From an uncultured Clostridia bacterium (lineage in GTDB: Bacteria; Bacillota; Clostridia; Christensenellales; UBA1242), in NCBI GenBank assembly GCA_944381825.1, contig CALWMK010000001.1, positions 13,598 through 77,597 of the forward strand: DNA of 64,000 bases. The letters run 5' to 3'. Positions within the stretch are counted from its first letter, which is position 1, and the number at the start of each line of letters is the position of its first letter. The notes below the pieces were generated by a model, which was given only the letters and a program-made list of their open reading frames with translations, did no database searches and was not told where the DNA came from. Below are positions 36,886 through 45,530 of the stretch, in pieces. The translations under genes and the position numbers were made by a program.

Positions 36886-39384
36886 TTATTTACAATCATA
36901 TAATGTTCTTCCAAAATTAATTTCAACAGGTAAAGGGATTTCTAATTTCACAACATTTTCCATACAATTTTTCACAATTTCTTTGACAATTTCAACCTCT
37001 TCTTTAACGCAATCTAAAATTAGTTCATCATGAATTTGCAAAATTAATTTAGTTTTCAATTTTTTTTCTTCCAAACTTTTTTTAACCTTTATCATTGCAA
37101 GTTTAATAATATCTGAAGCAGAGCCTTGAAGTGGCATATTCATTGCAACTCTTTCACCAAATTGTTTAACTTGGTATTGCGATGAAAATAATTCTTCAAT
37201 ATTTCTTCTTCTGCCAAATAAGGTAGAAACATAACCATTCTTTTTCGCAAGTTCAATTTGATTATCTAAATATTGCTTTACTTCTGGAAAAGAATCAAAA
37301 TAATTTTGGATATACTCTTTTGCTCTTGCCCTTGAAATTCCAAGACTAGTTGCCAAACCATAATCAGAAATACCATAAACAATTCCAAAATTAACAGCTT
37401 TTGCATTTCTTCGCATTTTTGCGGTAACCTCATTAAGTGGAACCCTAAATATTTTAGATGCAGTTATCGCATGAAAGTCATTTCCACTTAAAAAACTTTC
37501 AATCATATTCATATCTTGAGAAAAGCATGCTAAAAGTCTAAGTTCAATTTGATTGTAGTCTGCAGATAAAAGAAGACCATCTTCATGCTTTGAAACAAAA
37601 AATTTCCTTAAATTTTTTCCCTCATCTGTTCTTACTGGAATATTTTGAAGATTTGGTTCAGAAGATGATAATCGTCCAGTTGCCGTTTGAACTTGATTAA
37701 AAACAGTATGGATAATACAACCATTTTCTTCAGTGATTTTTTTATATGGTTCAAGATAGGTATTCAAAAGTTTTGCAGTGGAACGATACTCTATTACAAG
37801 AGGTATAACTTCGTGCTGGGAAGATAATTCATTTAATATTTCAATATTGGTTGAAAGTTTTTTATTATAATAACTTTTTAATCCCAATTTCTTAAAAAGT
37901 ACTTCCGCAAGTTGTTTGGGTGAATTGATATTAAATTCTAATCCAACACTTTCATAAATTTTTGCCTTTAAAATGTTCAATTTTTCTCTAAAATTTTCAA
38001 GTTGAACATCTAATTCTTTTATATCAATTTTAAATCCTTCATTCTCCATTTGGTGTAGTACAAAACTTAGCGGAAGTTCTATTTCTTCATAAAGCTCCGT
38101 TAAATTTAGTTTTTTAAGAAGAATTTGTTGAGAATAACACATTGAAAGCAAATTAGTTTCAATTTTTGCTAGTTTTTTCCCAGCATTGATTAAATAATTA
38201 GAAATTGAAACATCAAAAATTTTTCCAGAAATAGATATGCCAAATTTATCAAAAATTTTTAAGTGAGATTTTAAATCATTGGTCACTTTATAAATTACTT
38301 CGCTTTCTAAAAGTTTTTTAAAACACTGAAGACAAAATTCTTGCGACAGTTCATCAAAAAAAGTTAAATTATCGTTCAATTTAATAACGATATCTTGGCT
38401 ATAAGAAAATTCGAATTTTCCTATAAAATCAAAAGCAAAGGTTTTGTTTTTAAATGCTAATTCAACAAATTCATATAATTCTTGCTTTGTTGAAATGGTT
38501 TTATAAGAAACCTCGCTACTTGGCAATTCAAAATTATATAGTTCTTTTCTTTTAATTAAAGAAACAAATTCCAAGTCTTCAAAAAAAGCAAAAAGTTTTT
38601 CAGAAAAAGGAAAATGAAAACTAAAGTCATCGAGAGAAAAATTAAAATCACAATCACACTTTATTGTTGCAAGTAGCTTTGATATTTTTGCAATATTAAC
38701 ATTGTTTTTTATTTTTAAACTAAGTGAGGGAGCCAGTTCATCCGATTTTAAAATAATATTTTCTAAATTATTATATTTTTCCAGCAAGTTTAATGCTGTT
38801 TTTGGACCTATGCCAGCAATACCAGGTATATTATCAGAACTATCACCCATCAAAGCTTTAAGGTCTGGAACCTGCTTTGGAGAATAACCATAAAGTGTTT
38901 CAAGATTGGTTTGGCTTAGCATTTCAATTTCTGTTATGCCTTTTTTAGTGAATAATACTTTTGTTTTATTATCAATTAATTGGAATAAATCACGGTCACC
39001 CGACAGAATATAAGTGTTAATTAAAGTTTTTTTTGAAATTGTGCCAATGATATCATCAGCCTCAATTCCTTCAATTTCTATTCTTTTAATTCCCATTAAA
39101 TCCAACATCTGTTTTAAAGGGTCTAATTGAATGCGAAGTTCGTCTGGCATGGGCTTTCTTGTACCCTTATATTCTGGATAAATCTCATTTCTGAAGGTTT
39201 TACGAGCATGGTCAAAAGCAACTACCATGTGAGTTGGTTTTTGCTCTTGAATAATTTTTATAAGCATATTGGCAAAACCAAAAACCGCACCTGTGAACTG
39301 ACCCTTTGAGTTAGATAAAAGGGGCAAAGCATAAAAGGCACGGTTAAATAATGAATTACCATCAATAATAATTAATTTTTCCAC
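36886..39384 (-). CDS. polA: DNA polymerase I.
   Basis: 5' nuclease N-terminus (IIDGNSL..), motif B RRNAKAVNFGIVYG and motif C QIHDEL. The probable start is a GTG at 39384 behind AAAGGAAA. The track ORF extends to 39426. Confidence 0.9.
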   Translation of the reverse strand: MEKLIIIDGNSLFNRAFYALPLLSNSKGQFTGAVFGFANMLIKIIQEQKPTHMVVAFDHARKTFRNEIYPEYKGTRKPMPDELRIQLDPLKQMLDLMGIKRIEIEGIEADDIIGTISKKTLINTYILSGDRDLFQLIDNKTKVLFTKKGITEIEMLSQTNLETLYGYSPKQVPDLKALMGDSSDNIPGIAGIGPKTALNLLEKYNNLENIILKSDELAPSLSLKIKNNVNIAKISKLLATIKCDCDFNFSLDDFSFHFPFSEKLFAFFEDLEFVSLIKRKELYNFELPSSEVSYKTISTKQELYEFVELAFKNKTFAFDFIGKFEFSYSQDIVIKLNDNLTFFDELSQEFCLQCFKKLLESEVIYKVTNDLKSHLKIFDKFGISISGKIFDVSISNYLINAGKKLAKIETNLLSMCYSQQILLKKLNLTELYEEIELPLSFVLHQMENEGFKIDIKELDVQLENFREKLNILKAKIYESVGLEFNINSPKQLAEVLFKKLGLKSYYNKKLSTNIEILNELSSQHEVIPLVIEYRSTAKLLNTYLEPYKKITEENGCIIHTVFNQVQTATGRLSSSEPNLQNIPVRTDEGKNLRKFFVSKHEDGLLLSADYNQIELRLLACFSQDMNMIESFLSGNDFHAITASKIFRVPLNEVTAKMRRNAKAVNFGIVYGISDYGLATSLGISRARAKEYIQNYFDSFPEVKQYLDNQIELAKKNGYVSTLFGRRRNIEELFSSQYQVKQFGERVAMNMPLQGSASDIIKLAMIKVKKSLEEKKLKTKLILQIHDELILDCVKEEVEIVKEIVKNCMENVVKLEIPLPVEINFGRTLYDCK

Positions 39385-39456
39385 TACATTTCCTTTCGTT
39401 TGTTTGTATGAAACAATAATACACAAAAATTCAAAAAAGAAAAAGCATTTATTCTT

Positions 39457-39750
39457 TTACTTTATTATTTTTTGAAAAAGTGTTGGATATACCACTGTAA
39501 TTATTCCAATAATAATTAAAAAAACAACCAAAACAAAAAATAAAGTTTTTAAACCTTTTCCATAAAAATATGTAAGCAAAGTTAATCCAATTATAATAGG
39601 CGGACCAAATTTTATAAGAATGGTTAGTATTTTAAAAGTTTCAGCATTTATATTTATAAAAGGCTTAATTATATATATTTCATATCCTACAAAGAAAGCA
39701 AGATAGCCAATTGCAATAATAGATAATATTAGAAAAATAAATTTTTTCAT
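39457..39750 (-). CDS. Small membrane protein, 97 aa, about 3 TM helices.
   Basis: Hydrophobic ORF. Its ATG overlaps the acpP TGA (ATGA), implying translational coupling. Confidence 0.6.
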   Translation of the reverse strand: MKKFIFLILSIIAIGYLAFFVGYEIYIIKPFININAETFKILTILIKFGPPIIIGLTLLTYFYGKGLKTLFFVLVVFLIIIGIITVVYPTLFQKIIK

Positions 39751-39971
39751 TTTAATTTATTAATAATGTTATAAATATCTTTAACTGTTTTCATTTGAGT
39801 TGCTTGTTCATCTGAAAGAGAAATACCAAATTCCTCTTCAAGTGTCATTAACATTTCTACAATGTCTAATGAATCAGCTCCTAAATCTTCTATTATTTTA
39901 GAATCTTCCTGTACCTTTTCTAATGGAAGATTTAATTGATTTGCAATTAGTGTTCTAATTTGTTCTAACAT
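39747..39971 (-). CDS. acpP: Acyl carrier protein, 74 aa.
   Basis: LGADSLDIVEMLMTLEEEFG phosphopantetheine-attachment motif. The start is at MLEQIR (ATG 39969-39971) with an AGAGG RBS. The upstream part of the track ORF is spurious. Confidence 0.88.
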   Translation of the reverse strand: MLEQIRTLIANQLNLPLEKVQEDSKIIEDLGADSLDIVEMLMTLEEEFGISLSDEQATQMKTVKDIYNIINKLK

Positions 39972-40030
39972 AAAATTACCTCTTTTAAAATTAAGTTTAA
40001 ATATAAAAGCATTTAATTTAGCTTTATAAA

Positions 40031-40059
40031 ATAATAGCATAAATTTTATTACAACGCAA
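40031..40059 (-). promoter_or_regulatory. Putative acpP promoter: TTGCGT, 17 nt spacer, TGc-TATTAT (extended -10).
   Basis: Hexamers read on the minus strand. Confidence 0.45.
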
Positions 40060-40324
40060 ATTTTTAATAGTATAAACATTTTACTTATTAATTTTTAACA
40101 AGAAGTTTGAAAACTCTGTATGGAACTAATAATGATTGTTTATTAAAAATGATATTTTATAATGTTTCCGCACAACATTTGTAGTTTAGTTGCAAAAACA
40201 TTTTTATTTAAATACATTTTAGTATATTACAGAAAATTTTTAATAGTGAAAAAAATTAAAGCTTTTAACAAATTTTGTTGCCTTTCAAAGAAAAATTTTG
40301 TCCTGCAAAATTTAAACCAAAAAT

Positions 40325-40356
40325 AAAAAAAACAAAAGGTTTCCAAAGAAACCTTT
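40325..40356 (-). terminator. Intrinsic terminator of the 53-aa gene.
   Basis: 9-bp stem AAAGGTTTC/GAAACCTTT followed on the minus strand by TG plus T8. A second small hairpin, CCCTCA/TGAGGG, sits at about 40369-40384. Confidence 0.75.
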
Positions 40357-40401
40357 AAAAGGAAAGACCCTCAATATGAGGGATAATGAAAAGAAAGATT
40401 A

Positions 40402-40563
40402 TTAGAGAGTATGGTCTTCTTTACCTATATTTTTTTCAACACATATACAGTGTTTTTTTGCGAATTTGCTAACATTTGCTACTTTATACATTCCAACAGA
40501 AAGTGGACTAGCACAAGTATATTCAACATTGTCCGCAGAAATACCATAAGTTATTTTAGCCAT
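40402..40563 (-). CDS. Unannotated small protein, 53 aa (MAKITYGISADNVEYTCASPLSVGMYKVANVSKFAKKHCICVEKNIGKEDHTL).
   Basis: Below the ORF-track length cut-off. Translated by hand. GGAGG sits 5 nt before the ATG, and the gene has its own promoter and terminator. Confidence 0.6.
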   Translation of the reverse strand: MAKITYGISADNVEYTCASPLSVGMYKVANVSKFAKKHCICVEKNIGKEDHTL

Positions 40564-40590
40564 ATTTTCCTCCGCTTATAATCTACAGGT

Positions 40591-40619
40591 ATAATAGCAC
40601 ATAATTTTGCTTTTGTAAA
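40591..40619 (-). promoter_or_regulatory. Promoter of the 53-aa gene: TTTACA, 17 nt spacer, TGc-TATTAT (extended -10).
   Basis: Hexamers read on the minus strand, with the -10 ending about 27 nt upstream of the ATG. Confidence 0.5.
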
Positions 40620-40695
40620 TACCTTTTTTAAAATTTTTTATTAACCTTGCATAAAAAAGTTATATTTTTTCAATGTAATCAAATTTTCGACAAAA

Positions 40696-41286
40696 TTATA
40701 TTTCGCTTCTTGCTTCAAGTGCCTTTGTAAGAGTTACTTCATCTGCATATTCTATATCGCTTCCTATTGATATTCCTTGTGCCAACCTAGTTACTTTTAC
40801 ATTAAGCGGTTTCAAAAGCTTTGCAATATAATGTGCCGTAACATCACCTTCAACATCTGGATTCGTCGCCATTATAACTTCAATCACATTATTTTTTGTT
40901 ACTCTTTCAATTAATTCTTTAATTCGAATATCATTTGGTCCTCTATTTTCTAATGGACTAATAGTGCCATGTAACACATGATACACACCTTCATAATTTT
41001 TTACCTTTTCTAAAGCAACCACATCTTTTGGTTCTTTTACGACACAAATAATTTTTTGATTTCTTTTTTGACAAATAGGACAAATTTCATCATCGGTAAA
41101 GTTTCCACATTCTTTACAATAAGAAATTTTTTCTTTCGCATTTAAGATTGCATTTGCAAACTCAATCGCATTTTGCTTGTCTTGTGAAATAATATAATAT
41201 GCATAGCGTTGTGCAGTTTTATAACCCACACCTGGCAAAGATTTAAAGGCACAAACCAACCTTTCCATGCTATTTTCTAATTCCAT
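40696..41286 (-). CDS. recR: Recombination protein RecR.
   Basis: HhH N-terminus (LPGVGYKTAQR), a C4 zinc finger (CKECGN..CPIC) and a Toprim region. Confidence 0.92.
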   Translation of the reverse strand: MELENSMERLVCAFKSLPGVGYKTAQRYAYYIISQDKQNAIEFANAILNAKEKISYCKECGNFTDDEICPICQKRNQKIICVVKEPKDVVALEKVKNYEGVYHVLHGTISPLENRGPNDIRIKELIERVTKNNVIEVIMATNPDVEGDVTAHYIAKLLKPLNVKVTRLAQGISIGSDIEYADEVTLTKALEARSEI

Positions 41287-41289
41287 AAA

Positions 41290-41613
41290 CTACATCCCCG
41301 GAAGATTTGGAAGCTTTTCATTTTCCATTTTAACAATCTGATCAAGAGCATCATTTAAACTAGCCATAACCAAGTCTTCAAGCATTTCTTTGTCATCAAC
41401 ATCAATCACTTCTGGCTTAATCGAAACAGAAAGCACCTTTCTTTCCCCATTCATTTTTATTTCTACCATTCCGCCGCCTGCGCTTCCAACAAACTCTGTA
41501 TTTGCAATTTCCTCTTTAGCTTCTTGCATTTCTTGTTGCATTTTTTGGGCTTGTTTCATAAGTTGTTGCAAATTTCCACCGCCAAATCCACCTTTAAAAC
41601 CACCATTATACAT
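41290..41613 (-). CDS. ybaB: Nucleoid-associated protein YbaB/EbfC.
   Basis: 107 aa with the typical QQEMQ...GGGMVEIKMNG...I.PEV..DDKEMLEDL pattern, within the conserved dnaX-ybaB-recR order. Confidence 0.9.
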   Translation of the reverse strand: MYNGGFKGGFGGGNLQQLMKQAQKMQQEMQEAKEEIANTEFVGSAGGGMVEIKMNGERKVLSVSIKPEVIDVDDKEMLEDLVMASLNDALDQIVKMENEKLPNLPGM

Positions 41614-41615
41614 AA

Positions 41616-41993
41616 TTATTCTCCTTTTATAATTAAACTATTTCCAATAAATTTTTTTAATTTTTGAATATCTTGTTCAGCTTCATTCACATATTTTTGT
41701 TTTTTTTCAATTAAGAGTTCTAAATGTGAATCTTGAGAATTCAATGCTCTTTTAATAACATTAAAGTTTTGAATTTCTGTTAATAAATTGAAAACATATT
41801 CATCTTCAATTTTCACCTTCAAAAATCCGCTTTCAATTGAAACATCACTTTGCGAGCCACAGATAACATGAAGTGCTGGATATGAATTTTGTCTAAGATA
41901 ATATATTATTTTTCCCCAAACATTGCGCGCATTGTATTCAATATTTGGGATTATTCGTTTTTTTTTAATTCTCCTGCAATTGCTTCCAAACAT
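41616..41993 (-). CDS. dnaX: C-terminal (tau-type) segment of DnaX in the -1 frame relative to dnaX. Probably expressed only as a fusion.
   Basis: This ORF overlaps the dnaX 3' end. The sequence after the A9 run (NVWGKIIYYLRQN..L.VKIEDEYVFNLL..) resembles the remembered Firmicute DnaX C-terminal domain. Its own ATG has only a weak RBS. Confidence 0.55.
   Translation of the reverse strand: MFGSNCRRIKKKRIIPNIEYNARNVWGKIIYYLRQNSYPALHVICGSQSDVSIESGFLKVKIEDEYVFNLLTEIQNFNVIKRALNSQDSHLELLIEKKQKYVNEAEQDIQKLKKFIGNSLIIKGE
41915..41975 (-). promoter_or_regulatory. Putative -1 recoding cassette in dnaX: SD-like AGGAG, an A9 slippery run, a near zero-frame stop and a downstream 11-bp stem-loop.
   Basis: On the minus strand: AGGAG (41971-41975), A9 (41958-41966, A AAA AAA in the zero frame), TAA (41951-41953), and stem CCCAAAUAUUG/CAAUGUUUGGG with a 13-nt loop (41915-41949). 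Confidence 0.5.
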
Positions 41994-43051
41994 GCATTTT
42001 CCAATAGTACCCTTGGAGAAATAGCGAATTTCAGTTGCATCTCCACTTCGGAGAAAATGGACAAGTATTTTATAAGTTCTTCTTCTATCATATCTTCAGC
42101 AATAATTTTTAGTTTGTTTATCGATTCGATTGAAAGAGTTAAAATGTCCTGAGGTCTATTGCAAGTTTTACAAATTAAAAGTTCTCTAAACAACTCGCCA
42201 ATTTCTCTAGCAAAAACAACAAGATTTTTGCCACTGTTATAAACATCATTAATTTGTTCTAAACAACTGCCTATTTTTTTCTCCGAAATTGCTTTGGCAA
42301 AATTTAAAAGAATGTCAATGTTGCTTTTGCCAAGAACTTTAAGAACATTATTTTCATCTAGATTTTTACTATAAGAACAACAACAATCTGCAATAGACAA
42401 CATATCTCTAACACTGCCCTCTCCGCTTGATGCCAAAATTCTTATTGCCTCATTTGTATAAGAAATATTTTCTTGTTCAAAAATTTTTTTAAGCAAATTT
42501 TCCAAAGTTTCAAGAGGCACCAATCTAAAATCAAATTCCAAACATCTTGAAACTATTGTTGCTGGAAGCTTTTGCACCTCTGTTGTTCCCAAAATGAACA
42601 CAACATGAGGAGGTGGTTCCTCTAATGTTTTTAACAAGGCATTAAATGCGCTATCCGTTAGCATGTGAACTTCATCAATTATATACACTTTGTATTTTGC
42701 TAAAGCAGGAGAAAATTTAACATTTTCTCGAAGTTGCCTTATCTCATCTACTCTATTATTTGATGCAGCATCAATTTCAATTATATCAACACTAGATGGA
42801 TTTGATAAATTTTTACACGCATCGCAGTTATAACATGGTGAACCATTTTGAGGATTCAAACAATTAATAGCTTTTGCAAAAATTCGAGCAGTACTGGTTT
42901 TCCCAGTTCCACGACTTCCTGTAAAAAGATATGCATGCGAAATTTCACCAGACTTAATCTGATTTGCAAGTGTACGAGTGATATGTTCTTGTCCAACAAC
43001 CTCTTCAAATGTTGAAGGTCGATATTTTCTATATAAAGCTTGTTTTGCCAT
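41951..43051 (-). CDS. dnaX: DNA polymerase III clamp-loader subunit DnaX; the zero-frame product is a 366-aa gamma-like form.
   Basis: ALYRKYRP, Walker A GSRGTGKTS, a Cys-rich zinc module, DEVHML and SRC motifs. The start is at MAKQALY (ATG 43049-43051). Confidence 0.9.
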   Translation of the reverse strand: MAKQALYRKYRPSTFEEVVGQEHITRTLANQIKSGEISHAYLFTGSRGTGKTSTARIFAKAINCLNPQNGSPCYNCDACKNLSNPSSVDIIEIDAASNNRVDEIRQLRENVKFSPALAKYKVYIIDEVHMLTDSAFNALLKTLEEPPPHVVFILGTTEVQKLPATIVSRCLEFDFRLVPLETLENLLKKIFEQENISYTNEAIRILASSGEGSVRDMLSIADCCCSYSKNLDENNVLKVLGKSNIDILLNFAKAISEKKIGSCLEQINDVYNSGKNLVVFAREIGELFRELLICKTCNRPQDILTLSIESINKLKIIAEDMIEEELIKYLSIFSEVEMQLKFAISPRVLLENACLEAIAGELKKNE

Positions 43052-43155
43052 AATTATCAAAACAATTTTACTACATAACAGAAAAAAAGCAAAATGTTTT
43101 TTTACAATCCTCTATTAAATAGTTAAAGCAATTAAAAACATTAGCATTAAATACC

Positions 43156-43737
43156 TCATTTTTTTAATTTTGAAATACTAATACCATCGCCAATATCATA
43201 AATCTGAGTCATAAGCATTTCATCATTCTCTATTGCGTCAATAAATTTTCTAAGATTGACAACTATTGTTCTATGTTTATGTGGAACAAAACCTTCTGCT
43301 CTTACCTTGCCATGAAAAAAAATATTGTCAGCAATTAAAAAGCCGTTTTTATCCAAAAGCAATTTTAATTGAGGTAAATACTTTATGTATTGTCCTTTCG
43401 GACCGTCTAAAAAAATTAAATCAAATTTTTGATTGAAACTAGAAAGCACATCTTTTGCATCACCTTTTATAAGTTTCACCCTTTTTTCAACATTAAATTT
43501 CTTAAAATTTTGTTTTGCTATGTTTTGCATTTTTTCATTTATATCTATCGTTGTTAAAAATGCTCTAGGCTGATTTTGCAAAAATAATATTCCACTGTAA
43601 CCAACTGCAGTGCCAATTTCTAAAATATTTTTGAAATTTTTATCTTTTAAAAAATTTAACAAAAACTCCGCTGTTTCATCTAGAAGTAGCGGAATATGTT
43701 CTTGCCTTGCATCTTCAACAATTTGTTTTAAATCCAT
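43156..43737 (-). CDS. Class I SAM-dependent O-methyltransferase (YrrM/TrmR-like).
   Basis: ILEIGTAVGYSG motif I and the later DLIFLDG motif, in a product of about 190 aa. Confidence 0.7.
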   Translation of the reverse strand: MDLKQIVEDARQEHIPLLLDETAEFLLNFLKDKNFKNILEIGTAVGYSGILFLQNQPRAFLTTIDINEKMQNIAKQNFKKFNVEKRVKLIKGDAKDVLSSFNQKFDLIFLDGPKGQYIKYLPQLKLLLDKNGFLIADNIFFHGKVRAEGFVPHKHRTIVVNLRKFIDAIENDEMLMTQIYDIGDGISISKLKK

Positions 43738-43739
43738 AA

Positions 43740-45401
43740 TTAATCGAACATAACAATGACTAATATCATTGGACGCCTTTTTGTTGATTTATATATAAAG
43801 TTTGAAAGATTTTTTCTTACATTGTTTCTAATAAGATTTGTGTCCATTCCTCTTAAGTCTTGTTCCTTCAACAATGCAATCAAATGCGATTTAACATCGG
43901 CATTAAACTTTTCTGCTTCGTCATTATAAACAACTCCTCTTGTAATCATAAAAGGATCTGAACTCATTTCACCAGAAATAGAAGATAAATTTAATACCGC
44001 AACACAAATTCCATCTTCAGAAAGTTGTTTTCTATCTCTTAAAACAGTGCTGTCCATGTCACCAATGCCAAGACCATCAATTAACCTTTGACCTGCTTGA
44101 ACAAAACCAATTGTTTTGATTGAATTTGGCGACATTTCAACCTGCATACCCATATCTGGAATTAAAATATTTCTTGCCTGCATTCCCATTGAAATAGCGA
44201 GTTCTTTATGTTGTTTTAAATGTCTATATTCTCCATGTACTGGCATAAAGAATTTTGGTTTTACTAGTGCATGTATGGTTTTTATTTCTTCTTGACAAGC
44301 ATGCCCTGATGCATGAACATCGGCAAGTTCATCATAAATAACATCTGCACCTTTTTTAAAGAGCGAATTAATAACATTGTAAACACTTTTTTCATTTCCA
44401 GGAATTGGAGAAGATGAAAAAATAATTGTATCCCCTTCGCCTATTTTAATTTTATTAAATTCACCTGCAGCCATTCTAGTTAAGGCACTCATTGCCTCAC
44501 CTTGACTTCCAGTCGTGATTATTAAAATTTCTTTATTAGCATACCTATCAATTTTATCTATGTCAATAACATTGTTTCGATCAAATTTCAATTCACCCAA
44601 CTTCATCGCAACTTCAGAAACATTTATCATGCTTCTGCCTGTAAAAGCGACCTTTCTTTTAAACTTTTCTGCCAAATCCATTATTTGTTGAAGCCTATGA
44701 ATGTTAGAAGCAAATGTTGCAATGAATAGTCTGTCATCCGAATGTTTTTCAAAAATTTCTTCAAGAGCCTTTCCCACACAAGATTCACTTAAAGAATAAC
44801 CTTTTCTGCAAACGTTTGTGCTTTCGCAAAGAAGTAAGTTGACACCTTTTTTACCAAGTTCTCCAAACCTTGTCAAATCGGTCATTTGATTATCTATTGG
44901 AGAAAAGTCAATTTTAAAATCACCTGTGTGAATAATATTGCCACAAGGAGTTGAAATGCAAAGTGCCAATGCGCCAGCAATTGAATGGCTAACTTTAATA
45001 AACTCTATAGTAAAAACACCAATTTTTAACACATTTTTTGGTTTAACAGCAACAGCTTTATGTTTTATTTTTGGAAATTCTCTTAATTTATTTTCCACAA
45101 GAGCAAGTGTCAAACTAGAGCCGTAGATAGGCACATTTATTTCTGACAGAAAAAAGGGCACACCACCAATGTGGTCTTCATGTCCATGTGTTAAAATCAA
45201 GCCTTTCACTTTATCTCTATTGTTTTGTAAATACGATATGTCTGGAACAACCAAATCAACTCCTGGCAAATCATCTCCTGGAAAGGTAAGTCCTGCATCC
45301 ACGACAATGATATCATTTTCATACTCTATTGCGGTCATATTCTTGCCGATTTCTCCCACACCACCTAAAAAAGTTATTTTAACTTTAGAATTGTTATTCA
45401 T
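43740..45401 (-). CDS. rnj: Ribonuclease J (metallo-beta-lactamase/beta-CASP).
   Basis: HGHEDHIGG motif, beta-CASP region and RNase J-type length (553 aa). Confidence 0.9.
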   Translation of the reverse strand: MNNNSKVKITFLGGVGEIGKNMTAIEYENDIIVVDAGLTFPGDDLPGVDLVVPDISYLQNNRDKVKGLILTHGHEDHIGGVPFFLSEINVPIYGSSLTLALVENKLREFPKIKHKAVAVKPKNVLKIGVFTIEFIKVSHSIAGALALCISTPCGNIIHTGDFKIDFSPIDNQMTDLTRFGELGKKGVNLLLCESTNVCRKGYSLSESCVGKALEEIFEKHSDDRLFIATFASNIHRLQQIMDLAEKFKRKVAFTGRSMINVSEVAMKLGELKFDRNNVIDIDKIDRYANKEILIITTGSQGEAMSALTRMAAGEFNKIKIGEGDTIIFSSSPIPGNEKSVYNVINSLFKKGADVIYDELADVHASGHACQEEIKTIHALVKPKFFMPVHGEYRHLKQHKELAISMGMQARNILIPDMGMQVEMSPNSIKTIGFVQAGQRLIDGLGIGDMDSTVLRDRKQLSEDGICVAVLNLSSISGEMSSDPFMITRGVVYNDEAEKFNADVKSHLIALLKEQDLRGMDTNLIRNNVRKNLSNFIYKSTKRRPMILVIVMFD

Positions 45402-45530
45402 TTTTATCTCCTTTAAAGTTTAATTTTAGTTTAATATAGTTATTTTTTAAACATAATTATCAATTTAAAACAAACTAAAAAATTGCAATTTAAATTCATT
45501 GCTCAAATTATTTATCTTAAGTTTAAAAAT

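Noticed and set aside
41390-41632. An 80-aa plus-strand ORF.
   Set aside because: It is antisense to the well-supported ybaB gene. It has Ser/Pro/Cys-rich shadow composition.
43061-43155. SRP (4.5S/scRNA) gene expected upstream of dnaX by analogy with Bacillus.
   Set aside because: The 95-nt spacer is AT-rich with no conserved SRP domain IV-like GC-rich helix.
25272-45401. The idea that the aaRS, polA, dnaX and tRNA content marks a jumbo-phage genome rather than a bacterium.
   Set aside because: The conserved bacterial dnaX-ybaB-recR order, together with spoIIID, acpP, rnj, glyA and envelope genes, argues for a bacterial chromosome carrying a small prophage-like element.
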